Shown: in pieces, positions 12,365 through 25,375 of the stretch
Layout of the letters: every line of letters starts with the position of its first letter
Numbering within the stretch: position 1 is the first letter of the stretch
From: Mobula hypostoma
Lineage: Eukaryota
Length of the DNA: 64,000 nt
Reading direction: 5' to 3'
Assembly (NCBI RefSeq): GCF_963921235.1
Contig: NC_086118.1
Coordinates: forward strand, 13,952,001 to 14,016,000
Notes under the pieces: generated by a model
What the model was told of the DNA's origin: nothing
Databases searched by the model: none
What the model saw: only the letters and a program-made list of their open reading frames with translations
Program-made: the position numbers and the translations under genes

Positions 12365-13000
12365 GAGAATCAGAATCAGGTTCAATATCATTGTCATATA
12401 TCATAAAATTTGTTGTTATGCACCAGCAGCATATTGTAATACGTAATAATAAAACAGCATTTCAGTTTTATGTGTACATATGTGTGTGTGTGTGTGTGCG
12501 CGCGCGTGCGTGTGTGTGTATGTGTGTGTGTGCGTGTGTGCGTGTGTGTGTGTGTGCGCGCGCGTGCGTGTGTGTATGTGTGTGTGTGCGTGTGTGCGTG
12601 TGTGTGTGTGTGTGAGTGCGTGTGTATGTGTATGTGTATGTGTGTGTGCGCGCACGTGTGAGTGTGTGTGTGTGTGTGTGTGTGAGTGTGTGTGTGTGCA
12701 CATGTGTGCATGTGTGCGTGTGTGTGTGTGTGTGTGTTAAATTAAATAAGCAGTGCAAAAAAGTAGTGAGGTAGTGTTCATGGTTTCAATGTTCATTCAG
12801 AATCTGATGGTAGAGGGGAAGAAGCTGTTTCTGAACCATTGATTGCGTGCCTTCAGGTTCCTGCACCTCCTCCCTAATGGTAGTAATGAGAAGAGGGCAT
12901 GTCCTGGGTGATGGGAGTCCTTCCTGATGTATGCTGCCTTTTTGAGGCATCTCTCCTTGAAGACACCTTGGGTGCTGAAGAGGCTAATGCCCATGATGGG
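12365..13000 (-). mobile_element. Rex1/Babar LINE 3' end with an expanded microsatellite in its 3' UTR
   Basis: KDSHHPGHALFSLLPLGRR..NSFFPSTIRF (ORF 12797-12994); agaatc tandem tail near 12366-12380. Confidence 0.85.
12470..12736. repeat. Compound (TG)n/(CG)n/(TATGTG)n microsatellite
   Basis: About 265 bp of near-perfect alternating purine-pyrimidine sequence. Confidence 0.97.
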
Positions 13001-14186
13001 AAGTGAGTGTCAGAATTTGATCAGTATTGTTGATTTGGATAAAATTGAACAAAAGTATTCAAAGAACTTGAACTTTTCCAAGAAGCTGTAATTACAACAA
13101 AGCAAATAGGGCGTTGCAAAATATAAATATAAAAATGAAGGACTGATCAGAGAAGATCAATGTCATAATGTGTGGTGTTCTAGTCAGATCACAATCTCAA
13201 CATAGTTCTAATTACTTAATTTCTGACACAGATGAGGGAAGAGTTGCAATTTCTGCCCAGTTTCTCTGGTTTACAGTGAATAAAAACAAATCAACAATAG
13301 AATTTAATCCTTTGAGCTGCGAAGGAGAGAAATTAGAAAGTATTTATAAGAAGGATATAATAAAGTGAACATTATTTTAAAAAATTCTGAAGCTATAATC
13401 AGAGCTATTATTGCCAGCAGTTGCTATGATCTGTGAAATAACACATAAACACAGTTACCTGGATACTGTTGTTAGCTATCCTTCCATCCAAGTTGTTCCA
13501 GTTCAAGTACATTACTGGCATCTTCTGAACAATATGGACAATTGCCCTGATCACAAAACAAAGGTTAAATTTAATTCAGTTATACATATATCACCCAATT
13601 ATTCTCCAAAGTGATGTATTCCACCATTAACACACTGATAGCCTACTCACTATCACACCAATGCCCAGAATGGATTTCACCAAGAACATTCAACTCCAGA
13701 CATCATCACTGCCCTGGTCCATACACAGAAAAAAGAGCTGAATTTGAATGCTGAAAAAAAATGAAAAACTACCAGGAAGTTGAATAGAACTGGAATTGGT
13801 TCTTATTTTCATATGTTCTAAGCGATTCCTCAGGAATCTAAAGAAATTTGGCACTTCCCCACTGACCTTACCAATTTTTATTGTTGCACCACCGGAAATT
13901 TCTTATGTAGATGCATCACAGCTTGGTATAGCAACTCCTCTGCCCGTGACTGCAAACACTGCCCAGGGTTGTGGGTACAGCTCAGCGCATCATGGAAAGC
14001 CTCCCCTCCATGGATTATGTCTGTACTTCCCTCTGCTTCAGTGAAGCAGGCAGTATAATCAAAGACCCTTCCTCCACCCCAAAAATTCTCACTTCTCACT
14101 TCTCTCATTGGGCGGAAGGTACAAAAGCCTGAAAGCATGCCCCAACCAGGCTCAAGGGCAGCATCTGCCCTGCTGTGTAAGACTAG

Positions 14187-14736
14187 TATATCTCTCACTT
14201 CAGCAAGAGACTTAAACTAGGGGAAGACAGCCCTTGGCCCAGCCAAACTTAAGAAATCTTGTGTAGGTGGATGCTGCGCGATGTATCCCCTGTTACAAAT
14301 CAGTATCACGAAATAATAAACAATATACAATTAAATGATTGAGCTAAATATTTCTTAATTTGACTATATGGATAGTAAAGAAACAAAAAAAGGAAAGGAT
14401 CCATTCTCAAGAAACAGTCTAATGGGCAACGTTGGAGGTCACTGATAAGGCCGTTCGTCCACAATTGGCCTCCTCTGAGCCTTGCTGACCTTTGGATCCT
14501 CGATTCAAATCCACTCCATCCAGTGGTCTACCAGCTCTCTCCATTCACATCTTCCCACCTCATCTCTGCCCAGCAAAAGACCACGAAATCCCTGCTCCCA
14601 GACCCACAAGAAAGAACAACATTCCTCTCATTGGATAGCCTCACATTCCAAAGCCCTGTTATCTCTAGTCATAACCAAAACATCACTGCTAAAGATAAAC
14701 CATTACATTAGCAGTGAAACCTTACAGCATGTTACA
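14187..14736 (-). repeat. 3' LTR (~550 bp) of the Gypsy element
   Basis: Starts TGTAACA on the minus strand right after the PPT; 14510-14736 aligns with 18104-18331. Confidence 0.85.
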
Positions 14737-17700
14737 CTCTCCCTCCACCAAATTTAGTCCTGTCCTCATGACGTTGAGATAATTCGCCAACCCTTCCTAC
14801 AAAATGGAAAGTCCAATCCAGGTCTAAAAGGCAGTGAGGTAGCTCCCTAACACAGTAGGGGTCACACTCTGTTCCCCTGGTGCTACGTAGGCCAGCCTAT
14901 CTGGTGGTTTTGAGACCTCCATACCTTCTCACTTAATTCTCCAGGTTCAGACACTACTGGGGATACTTCTGGTCTACCTGGCGAGGCCTAGCTCTGGTCC
15001 TTGGTAGGACAAGCCTGTGCAAATACAGTGTAGTGGTCTGTGATGACTAAAATGTTCACCATGTTGCTGGCATCGGGTTCTATTGATAGGAAATCCATAC
15101 ACACCAGGTCCAGGGGCCCCACACTCTGCAAGTGGGACAAGGGAGCTGCCTGCGTAGGCAGCGTCTTCCGCCATATGCATTGAATGCATGACTTACAGTA
15201 TTCTTCGACCTCTGACTTCACTTGGGGCCAGTAAAACCAGTCTCTGAGCAAGCCGTAGGTTTTTTCAACCCCCAGAAGTCCAGAATCATCATGAGGTGAC
15301 TTCAATGCAATCCTCCGACACTTCTCCAGCAGAACCGGCTGGCAATGCCGAGGTCAGTCGGGGTGACACAAACTGGTATAGGATCTGGCTCTACAACTCC
15401 AGCCGAGGCCATTCTCTCAGTAATGGAAGCACTGCCACATGTTTCGTCTTCTCTGCCTGAGCCATGTCTCTCTTTTCAACCACTGACCAAATGATACCGA
15501 TGCCTGGGTCATCCCACTGAGCAGCTGCCACTTCCCCAGATCTCAATTCTGGCAGCTGATTTTGTCTTCAGAGCAGTCAGGTTACAGTAAACCTGGGGAA
15601 TGGCATCATCAGAAGCTCCCAATTGATCCACCGCTCGATCCTGCCCTTCCTTTCCCTCTGCCTTCACTGTGATGGCAAACTGACACATGGCCTTCACCCC
15701 CAGGGGCAGGAACGCTCTCCCACTCCTCATCGCTGTCCAGTCCCTCATGCGCCCATTGGGACAAAGCATCAGCATCAATGTTCCTGTTTCCCGGCCGGTA
15801 TTTCAGGCTGAAATTATAGGCAGATAATGCCGCCAACCACCGATGGCCTGTGGCATCCAGTTTCACTGAGGTCAGAATATAAGTTAGGGCGTTGTTGTTC
15901 GTTCTCACTTCAAACTTGGTCCCATAGAAGTAGTCACTCGGCTTATCCACCAACGCCCACTTCAACGCCAGAAATTCCAACTTGTGCGTGGGATAGTTTT
16001 TCTCGGAGGGCAACAGACTCCGGCTGACAAATGCAATGGGTCTCAACCCAGTGCCCTGATCCTGATACATGATGCCCCCTAAGCCCTCTCGACTGGCATC
16101 CATGTGCAGTACATACGGCAATCAGGGGTCCGCAAAAGCCAGCACCGGTGTCTGGGTGAGCAACTCCTTCAGCAACTGAAAGGCCTCTTCACATTTTGCA
16201 TTCCACCTCAGTCAAAGGGCTCTGACGGGCTAAGATACTCTCCACCCTCCTTTCCATATCTCCCCCTCCCTTTATTCCCCATGGAGGGCAACCGCACAGA
16301 AGCTGATTCAACAGGGGACTCACTTTCACAAAGCCCTTCACGAACATCCGATAGCAACTACAGTACCCGAGGAACGAGCTCAGCGTGCCCACAGTCTGGG
16401 GCCTTGGCCAGGTGGTCACCGCCTCGATCTTAGCTGGATCTGTAACTACTCCATCCCATGAGACTATGTGCCCAACCTAGATAACAGATGTTCGGCAGAA
16501 CTGGTATTTGTCCAGGGAAAGTTTTAACCCTTCAGCTTTCAGGCGGCCCAGCACCTTCAGCAGCCTCATTTCATGTTCTTCTAAGGTGGATTGAAACACT
16601 ATAAGGTCATCCAGATACACCAATACCTCAAGCAAGTTTATATCCCCCACCATCTTTTCCATAACCCGCTGGAAGTTTGCAGGGGCTCCCAATATGCCCT
16701 GGGGCATCCTTTCAAACTAGAAAAATCCCAGGGGGCATATAAATGCTGTCTCCACTTTGTCGGCCTCTGTCACAGGGATCTGGTCAAGTCCAGCACAACT
16801 GAACCATTTTGCACCACTCAAGCAGGCCAGTGTGTCTTCAATCCTCGGGACTGTAGACAGGTCAGGGAAGGTGCACCTGTCAGAGTCATATAGCCCACAC
16901 ACATCCGTACCTTCCCGTTCTACTTTCAGGCTACTACTATTGGGGGGGAGACGCATAGGGGCTTCATGACTCTGTGATGATTCCAGCCTGTACAAATGGT
17001 GCCGAACATCCTCCACCTGTGCAGGGGCCAGCCTCCACAACCGCTCTCTAAACAGGGTGTCCTCGGTCACTCAGATAGTGTGACGAGTGCTCTTGGAACA
17101 ACCCACATCAAACTCATCAGTGGAAAAGACACCTTCCAGCTTCAACATCTTCTCTACCAACCTCATCTTCCAACCCGCAGGAACCGGGGAGTTCCCGAAG
17201 TTGAGCGACTCAGCGGTCAACTTTCCCCCTTTTTCCAATAGTTTCTCCCCGGCTTGTCTCACAGGGACACTAAACATTACCGTCACTGGGAACAAATGCA
17301 CTGGGGCATCCCCCGCTTGAAGGTGACCTCCCTCTTCATAGTGTTCCTGACGATCACGGCCATCCTTCTCGCCTGTAGAACTGAGGGCTTCTGCAATTCT
17401 GGCCTCACCAGTACCCCAGCAGGAAATCCTGACTCCCCCTCAGGGTCTTCTGGAGTGTCCACTAAGAGGACCTCGCCCTCAGGCACTCCAGGAAATTTAG
17501 GGGTCCCATCACTCTCGCTACTTCCCTGGGCCATACCACCATTGGCTTCGACTGGGTGAACCATACATTCCCTCATCTAAATTCGGTATCCGACCCAATG
17601 CAGCCATGCACTTCCTCAAAAGCAGCTCGAAACACCAGGTGCACGGACAATGTTCCCAGAAAGCTCTCACCAGCCTTCTCCTTGCAGGCCCCCATGAGCC

Positions 17701-18103
17701 TCCTCACAAGAGGGGTGTTAGTCCCCACCAGAATTGAAACGCCACTTCTCAACAGCGCTAATGTATCGAGGACCTCACACACTCCCATATCGGCCTCCGA
17801 TAACTCCACCTTCACTGAGAAATAACCGTTGTACGGATAATCAGTAGCACTATGCCCCCAAACCTCCAGTGCCCTGAATAGAGTCAATGGTAAATGCTTC
17901 AGATACTGGGTGTAAAACGAACGGTACAGCAATGTGACCTGTGACCCATTGTCGAGTATGGCTTTAGCGTAAATACCTTCTATCCGTAGCAACATCCAGA
18001 GCATGGTTCCACTAAGCCTTCAGGAATTGGGCCTTTCGCTTTCAGGGTATGTTGCTGGGTAAGTGTTTCCCCAGAGACACCTTGCTTCAGACACTTGCTT
18101 CCA

Positions 18104-18331
18104 GTCCACTCTGTCCGGCGGTCTACCAACTCCCTCCATTCGCATCTTCTCTCCTCATCTCTCCCCGGCAAAAGACGGCGAAATCCCTGCAGCCAGATCC
18201 ACAAGAAAGAACAACATCCCTCTCACTGGATAGCCCCACGTTCCAAAGCCCCGATATCTGTAATCATAACCCAAACATTGCTGCTACAGAGAAACCATTA
18301 CATTAGCAGTGAAACCTTACAGCACATTACA
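18104..18331 (-). repeat. Truncated 5' LTR (~230 bp, U3 end only)
   Basis: Direct repeat of 14510-14736 (cacaagaaagaacaacat...aaaccattacattagcagtgaaaccttacagca). Confidence 0.85.
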
Positions 18332-18489
18332 CTGGTGAATGGTTCTGTTGTACAATAAAATGGACTATTGACCTCACAATCTATCGAGATATGATCATGC
18401 ACCCTACTGTTAACCTACAATGTGCTTTCTCAACTGTTGCATTTTACATTGTACTACCTCAATACACTGTTTAATAACTTGACCTGTTT

Positions 18490-19220
18490 TTCAATGATAC
18501 TAAAATAGTTGGTGTTGTAAACAATGTAGAAAGTTGTGAACAATCACAGGGATGTGAGGGATGTTAGCGATGTGAGTCAAGGATGGCAAATGGTTTTCAA
18601 TCCAGATCAATGAAGAGGGAAATGCTTTTTCATCTTGATGGGTCTGGCTTGTAGCTGCCACGCTGTAAGTTGCTCAATGTGTACTATTACTAACATGACT
18701 CAGTTAAAACATTTAGCTCCATTGTAGCATATCTAACAGTTTTTGTTATTAAATAGAAAGAGCACAGAAAAGACTTATCAGGATGTCGTCTGGAATTGGG
18801 TCCTGAGTTACATGTAAAGGTTGGGTAGACTAGGACTTTATTCTCTGAAATATAGGAGATAAGCCTGACCTGCTAAACTAAAGGTATATAAGATCATGTG
18901 GGCATAGATATGGCGGAAACAATAGTCATAGTACTGAAAACAAGAGGACATAGTTTTAAGATCAGAGGCAAGAGATTTGAAAGGGGCATCAGGGGCAGCT
19001 TCTTCACACAAGGAGTGGTGCGCAGCTGGAATGAACTGCTGGAAATAATGGTTGAGATGGGGACATCAATAACATTGAAAAGTCGTCTACATTGGTAGGA
19101 GAGGTTCAGAGGGCTATGGGCCAAATGCAGGCAGATGGGATGAGCCCTCTGAGCATCACAATCAGCATGGATGAGTTGGGCCATAGGGCCTGTATCCATA
19201 CTGTATGACTCCATGACTCC
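18490..19220 (+). mobile_element. CR1 LINE 3' fragment
   Basis: KTRGHSFKIRG..FFTQGVVRSWNEL (ORF 18898-19098); CR1-type 3' end gggccatagggcct followed by a (atgactcc)n tail. Confidence 0.85.
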
Positions 19221-19234
19221 AACTCCATGCTGTC

Positions 19235-19560
19235 CAGGAGAAAGCAGCTGGCTAGATTGGCACCCTGTCAACCATCCTAAACATTCATCCCCTCCAGTAC
19301 TGGTACACAGTAACAGAGTTTTCTATATCCACAAAGCACAGCCTTTAACTGGTCCAAGCTGCCCCAACAAAAGCTACCAAACTTGTGACCATTATTACCA
19401 AGAGAGACAAAGGCAGCAGTCGCAAGGGATCTTTGCCACCTGCAGGTTTCACTCCATCCTGACTTGGAACATTATTAATCACCAGAAGGATTGCAGCAGT
19501 TCAAGAAGGTGACTAACCATCACCTTCTCAAGGTCCACAGAGGCTGTCCCAATACTAGGC
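19235..19560 (+). mobile_element. Old CR1/L2-group LINE 3' remnant
   Basis: gcagcagttcaagaagg...catcaccttctcaagg resembles a LINE 3' end recalled from sharks and rays; heavily decayed. Confidence 0.45.
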
Positions 19561-21084
19561 ATGGCATTTATAGAGTATGAACATCTAATGCTTTGGATTG
19601 ATTAGGAAATTACTTTTAAACAATGATAATATTTATGGAAGGTAAATATTCACAACTGCTTTTTCAATAGTACTGACAGGGACTGCTATAACCAACATTA
19701 ATATCTATAATGTGCACAGATAAGTGTAACGTGGGTAACCTAGGTGCACATGATACCTCATAGAGTTCAGTCTGAAACAACTCTCAGCTTGCACATCGAA
19801 ATATTATCACAATACACAGAGAGAAGATGTTCACATCCTTAATGTGGTAACACAAATGTTACATTTATAATTGAGACTTCTTGTTGAATATTTTCTCAAA
19901 AAGTGTCCATTACAAGAAAGGCAGCACAAGGCAGAAAGTCAGGGTTATTAATTTAGACTTGTTTAAGAAACAATTAGATGACGTGAAGAGGGATCTGCAG
20001 TTCTCTGAGATGTGAGTTGGATGGCCTCTTTCATCAGCATTGATCATTGTTTGTGTGTATTTCTGTAAAAAAAAACACATAAAGCAAATATAATGGTGCT
20101 TCACTGTTTAGCACTTTCTTCAAATATTTCTCCCATGATAGCACAACACTTGTTACAAATTACACTGCATAAATAGTCATAAATGTGGGTGAGGGAATGG
20201 ATTGTGACCACCGGCATTCAGCAAAATTCAGCAACTGTTACACCTGGTGAAGGTGATCCACAGTCAAGAATGAGGCATAAAACTGGCTGTTTTGTTTAGT
20301 GTTACAAGAACAAATAAGAAACAAATAAAAAAGACATGGAAAAGAAATTGTGGTTATCTCGTACTCAGACAAGAGATAACAACGTTCCAGTGATAACCGT
20401 TCTCCAACTGGCATGACACCTGCTACAGAAAAACTGAAAGGTTTCTAGAAAATACAGAATCAGCTATACTGCAATTACTAGAAAATTTACTGAACAATTA
20501 CACATAAATAGGTGATAATATAAAAATTATAAGCAAGCATAGCCAAGTTAAACTACAAGCAAAATGCTAGAAAAGTAACAATTCTACACCCTAATCCAAC
20601 AGTTGGTGCTGATTAACATTTATTAAAGTCTGATATTTGCTTTCAGGACTTCTGCACTCATAATTTTATTTCAATGAGCAATGTCCAATAAATCCAGTCT
20701 TCAAAGGAAAAATAAATGCTTGCATTTTTACAATCCGGAAACTTTGCAAAGCCCTTTGCGCATTAAAATTTTCTAGACTGCAGTGACCATGGTCATACTG
20801 CAATATATTACAAGCTCAGATGATCAAAATCTTGCAGATAGTTATGTCTGTATCCAAAAATAATTAAACAAGTTTCTGTTCATGTGCCTTTCAGTATCTT
20901 TGAGAACCAATGCAATGATTGGTTCGGTACCTGATGATTCAAACCATTATGTTACTGGATTGTAACAAAGCCTTCAGAATATTGTTAGCCAACATGCATA
21001 ACTAGATTATGTTTTTCAATTCCTTGCACACATTGATAGTGTGAAGTAATGGAACACCAGGAGTCATCTTCAACAAAATGATAG

Positions 21085-21772
21085 CCTGAACTGAGGCAGC
21101 AGGGCCTAGGCCCAGGCCTGTGAGCGGGGAAATGAGCCAATGGATGGCCATTGCTGGAGAGGACTTGAAGCAGATTCAAAGCCGCAGAGCTGAGGCGAGG
21201 CGAGGCAGAGTCGAGGCAGCAGGGCCCGGGCTTTAGTGTAAGGAACAAGCCAATGTTTGACCAATTTAATCACTGGGAGAAATTGGAAAGGTTGGATAAG
21301 TGCCAAATCAAGGCGGCGACTCCCGGGCCTGAGAGAATATCGAAGCAGCAGGATCTAAGTCCAAGAGCTCTGTATCCTCTGTATGCCTGATTTAAGAGCA
21401 GGGTCAGATTGAGAAGGTCAGGGTGTCAATGCCGGGGGGTGGGGGACAGTGTTCAGCTTGCTGCTCACGATGATTACCCCTGTACTGAACTGAAGCTGTG
21501 GCTTGCAACTAATGGGTTCCTGGATCAGATGTGACAGGCTTCATGGCTGTGGATTTATTTTCATAAACTTCAGTCCTGAATGTTATTTGCTTACTTTTAT
21601 TGTTTGAAAAATTTGTTTTCTTTTCTGCACATTGGGTGTTTGATGGTCTTCATTTTTAATGGGTTCTACTGGGTTTCTTTGTTTTCTGGTTGTTTATAAG
21701 GAGACGAATCTCAATATTGTATATAGTATACATACTTTGTTAATAAATGTACTTTAAACTTTGAACTTTGAA
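21085..21772 (+). mobile_element. Non-autonomous retroposon with a Rex1-type 3' tail
   Basis: GC-rich head, T-rich 3' part, gaatctcaa..gtatata..AATAAA and an (actttga)n tail that matches the tail at 46285-46350 (minus strand). No coding motif. Confidence 0.55.
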
Positions 21773-22639
21773 AGAACTGGTGCAGATATTCACTTTTTCC
21801 AATAAATCCCAACATTGGCTGGATGACTCTAAGCAGTGGTCATGTAAATTATGTTTTGTAGAGTTGAAATCAGGTTGTCATGCTGACTTCTGAGCTGTGT
21901 AAATATTTCCCCATCACAGTCTGGCCAGAAACTAAAACATTGGCTCGAAAATTGCTTCACAGGGCACACTATTTATGTGTGCCACGTAATAAATCTTCAG
22001 TAGAAAATACTTCATCAAGTGCAAACAACAAGTTAGCATGCAAAGCATGAAGCTGCTGATTTTTCATTTTTGGACTTCCATGCACCTGATGCACAATTGC
22101 ATGGAGATGTCTAAACATGCGTAGTAATCCTTCGATATCTCCTCCATGATGCTTACTGGCATGGACATAGTCTGCAGACTGTGAAAGGCTCATGGAAGAA
22201 GAAGTCATCACACACTCTGACACAGTGTAATTCGAAGGGATCTGACCTGACCAGACCATTGATGCCTATGTTGGGACTCTTCCTCAGGTTAAAAACTTTA
22301 AGTTAAACCTTTACCTTGCCCCGCTATCTCACACCTCCCTTCCACCTTCCTCCCACTAACCCAGTTATTAAATGCCCCCAGCATATGATCAGAAATCCTT
22401 CATTTTCCCTGCTGTCATTGGGCTTCTTTTTCCTTATGATATACTTTGTGAGCTGTCACCTGGACTCTACCTGCTTATCTAGGTAAGATCTCACAATAGA
22501 ATGTGTTTCAATGAGAGGCCCAATCCATGGTGCCCAAAGCCTTGCCTTGCTATGCTGTCAAATTTGGCACTTGAAAATTCCTCTCACTGCCTTAGCCCTT
22601 ATTGTCATCCAGTGACAAAGAATTGCTTAGCCAATTTCC

Positions 22640-23870
22640 ATGAGACCATAAGAGCAGAATTGGACCATTTGGCCCATTGAACCTGCTCCACCATTCCATT
22701 ATGTTTGATTTATTATCCCTCTCAACTCCATTCCCCTGCCTTCCTTCTGTAACCTTTATAATTCTTACTAATCAAGAACATATCAACTCCAGCTTTAAAT
22801 ATACCCAATGATTTGGCCTCCGCAGCTGTCTATGGCCATGAATTCCACAGATTCACCGTTTTCTGTCTAATGAAATTCCTCCTCATCTCTGTTCTAAAAA
22901 GACATCCTTCTATTCTAACGCTGTGCCCTCTGATCCTAGACTACCCACTATAGGAAACATCCTCTCCATATCCACTTTATCTTGGCCTTTCAAAATTTGA
23001 AATGTGTCAGTGAGATGCCTCTCATTCTTCTAAACTCCAGCAAGTACAGGTCCAGAGCTGACAAATGCTCCTCATAGGTTAACCATTTCATTCCTGGCAT
23101 CAATCTCATGAACCTTCTCCAAAGGCAAAATATATTTTCTTAGATAAGGGGCCCAAAACTGTTCACAATATACTAGGTGTCATCTATCTGACCAATACCT
23201 TAAAAAGCCTCAGCATTTCATCCTTGCTTTCATATTCTTGTCCTCTCAAAGTGAAGGCTAACATTGTATTTTCTTCCTTACCATGGACTCAACTTCCAAG
23301 TTAATCTTTGGGGAATCCTGCATGAGAACTCCCAGTACCATTTGCCACTCCGATTTCTGAATTTTCTCCCCATTTAGAAAATAGCCTACAGCTTTATTCC
23401 TTCTGCCAAAGTGCATGACCATACACTTCCCTACACTATATTCCACTCCCATTTTTTTCCCATCCTCCTAATCTGTCCAAGTCCTTCTGCAGACTCATTG
23501 TCTTCCCTACACTACCTGGCCATCCACCTATCTCCGTAGCATTCACAAACTTGGTTATAAAGCCATCAATTCCATCATTCTAATCATTGACATATAACGT
23601 GAAAAGTAGCGGTTCCAACACAACCCCTTCAGAACACCACTAGTCACTGGCAGGCAACCAGAAAAGACACCCTTTATTCCCACTTTTTGCCTCCTGCCAG
23701 TTAGCTAAATTTCTATCCATGTTAATATCTTTCCTGTACACCATGGACTCTTATCTTGTTGAGCAGCTTCATGTCAAAGGCCTTCTGAAAATCCAAGTAA
23801 ACAACGTCTTTTTTCTATTCTGCTTGTTACTTCCTCAATGAATTCCCTTAAGGAAACCATGCTGACAAAT
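22640..23870 (-). mobile_element. CR1 LINE 3' half (RT to tail), decayed
   Basis: VYLDFQKAFD near 23775-23805; KCMVMHFGRRN (ORF 23258-23452); same family as 57295-58570. Confidence 0.9.
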
Positions 23871-24398
23871 TTCCACTTCAGTTGTTTCAGCAATAAGAGC
23901 GCTATAACAAATAAACAAATTTATGAACAGCTGTCAATCCCAAGTGGGAAATCTTTGTAGAATAAATTTTGTTTCATCTGTTTCACTGTTGCACCAGCTG
24001 TCTCTACTACGTTGCTCCCCAGTACTCAACAAGACCTGAATGGCAATGTTTTCACAGAAAGGCAGTGGATATATGGAATAAACTGCTAGAGTTTCTCGGT
24101 GGTTGATCAGGACAGGACTGCGCAAGCGCGTGCAAGTCATTCCGTGAGTCAGCGGGAGTATTTAAAAGAGAGCAGTTTGTGAAAATCGGTCATTTTTCTC
24201 GCCAGTTGATCAGGACAGTACTGCGCAAGCGCATGCAAGTCAGTCCGTAAGTCAGCGGGAGTATTTAAAAGAGAGCAGTTTGTGGAAAGCGGCCAGTTAA
24301 TGAGTGGGCCAGTGAAGGAGTGGAGCTTTGAGGCTTTGACTTGAGAGACTTCGACGAGAAGAGGCGGAGGACAAGCTTGCTCGCAGTTAGTCTTTACA

Positions 24399-25340
24399 AT
24401 GTCTCCTGAGACGGTGATGTGCCTCTCATGTGAGATGTGGCAGTCTTGGGGGAACTCCCCTCTCCTGCAGAGTCACATCTGCCAGAAGTGCATATGGCTG
24501 GGCGATCTGGAAGACCGTGTAAGGAATCTGGAGCAGCAGCTGGATGACCTTCGACTCATAAGGGAGAATGAGGCAGTCATAGATGAGAGCTACAGGGAGG
24601 TAGTCACACCTAGGCTGTCGGAAGCAGGTCGTTGGGTGACAGTCAGAGGGGAGAAAGCGAAGGTGAGCAGACAGGTAGTGCAGAGCACCCCTGTAGCCAT
24701 TCCCCTGAATAATAAGTTTACCATCCTGGATACTGTTGGCGGGGACGACTGACCAGTTGTGAGCCACGGTGGCAGGGCCTCCGGCACTGAGTCTGACCAG
24801 GTGGTGCAGAAGCATGGGACGGAGAAGAGGAGAGCTGTCGTCATTGGAGACTCTATAGTCAGGGGAGCAGACAGGAGATTTTGTGGGCGTGAGAAGGACA
24901 CCCGCATGGTTTGTTGCCTCCCGGGTGCCAGGGTTCGTGATGTCTCTGACCGGATGCACGACATCCTGGTACGAGAAGGAAAGCAACCAGAAGTCGTGAT
25001 ACATGTTGGGACCAACGACATAGGCAGGAAGAGGGATGAGCTCCTGAAGTGTGAGTTTCGGGAACTAGGCAGAAGGCTGAAGAACAGGACCTCAAGGGTG
25101 GCGTTCTCAGGGTTGCTGCCTGTGCTACGTGACAATGATGGTAAGAATTGGAGGTGACGGCAGTTGAATGCGTGGCTGAGGAGTTGGTGCAGGGAGCAGG
25201 GTTTTAGATTTTTGGATCATTGGGACCTCCTCTGGGAAAGGTGGGAACTGTACAGATTGGATGTGTTGCATCTGAACTCGAGGGGGAGAAATATCCTTGC
25301 AGGTAGGCTCACTGGCATAGTTCAGGAGGGTTTAAACTAA
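24399..25340 (+). pseudogene. CR1-A ORF1: CxxC..CxxC finger, coiled coil, SGNH esterase-like domain; two in-frame stops
   Basis: CLSC..CQKC, LEDRVRNLEQQL, VIGDSIVRG, HVGTNDIG, DVLHL; stops at 24750 and 25155. Confidence 0.9.
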
Positions 25341-25375
25341 TTTGCAAGGGGGATGGGACCCAGAGCGATAGAGCA

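Larger units (their letters stand above)
14187..18331 (-). mobile_element. Decayed Gypsy LTR retrotransposon (PR-RT-RH-partial INT; gag deleted)
   Basis: Protease AILDNGSQV, RT MPQGI..APANFQR..VYLDDLIVF, RNase H DASREGLG..KLEFLALKWA, integrase Zn-finger HDDSG.LG..YWP..C..C. PPT GGTGGAGGGAGAG next to the 3' LTR; probable 4-bp TSD CTAG/CTGG. Confidence 0.93.
13800..18490 (+). mobile_element. Rex1/Babar 3' end (13800-14186 and 18332-18490), split by a Gypsy insertion
   Basis: FLRNLKKFG..., then ataatcaaagaccc...gggcggaaggtacaaaagcctg. Removing 14187-18335 restores ...gtaagactag|tgaatggttc, matching the Rex1 C-terminal IRLLNG region. Confidence 0.7.

Noticed and set aside
12391..12758. His/Thr- and Cys/Val-rich ORFs
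   Set aside because: Translations of the (TG)n microsatellite.
21969..22259. 96-aa ORF in apparently unique sequence
   Set aside because: No recognisable domain or convincing splice signals; length is compatible with chance.
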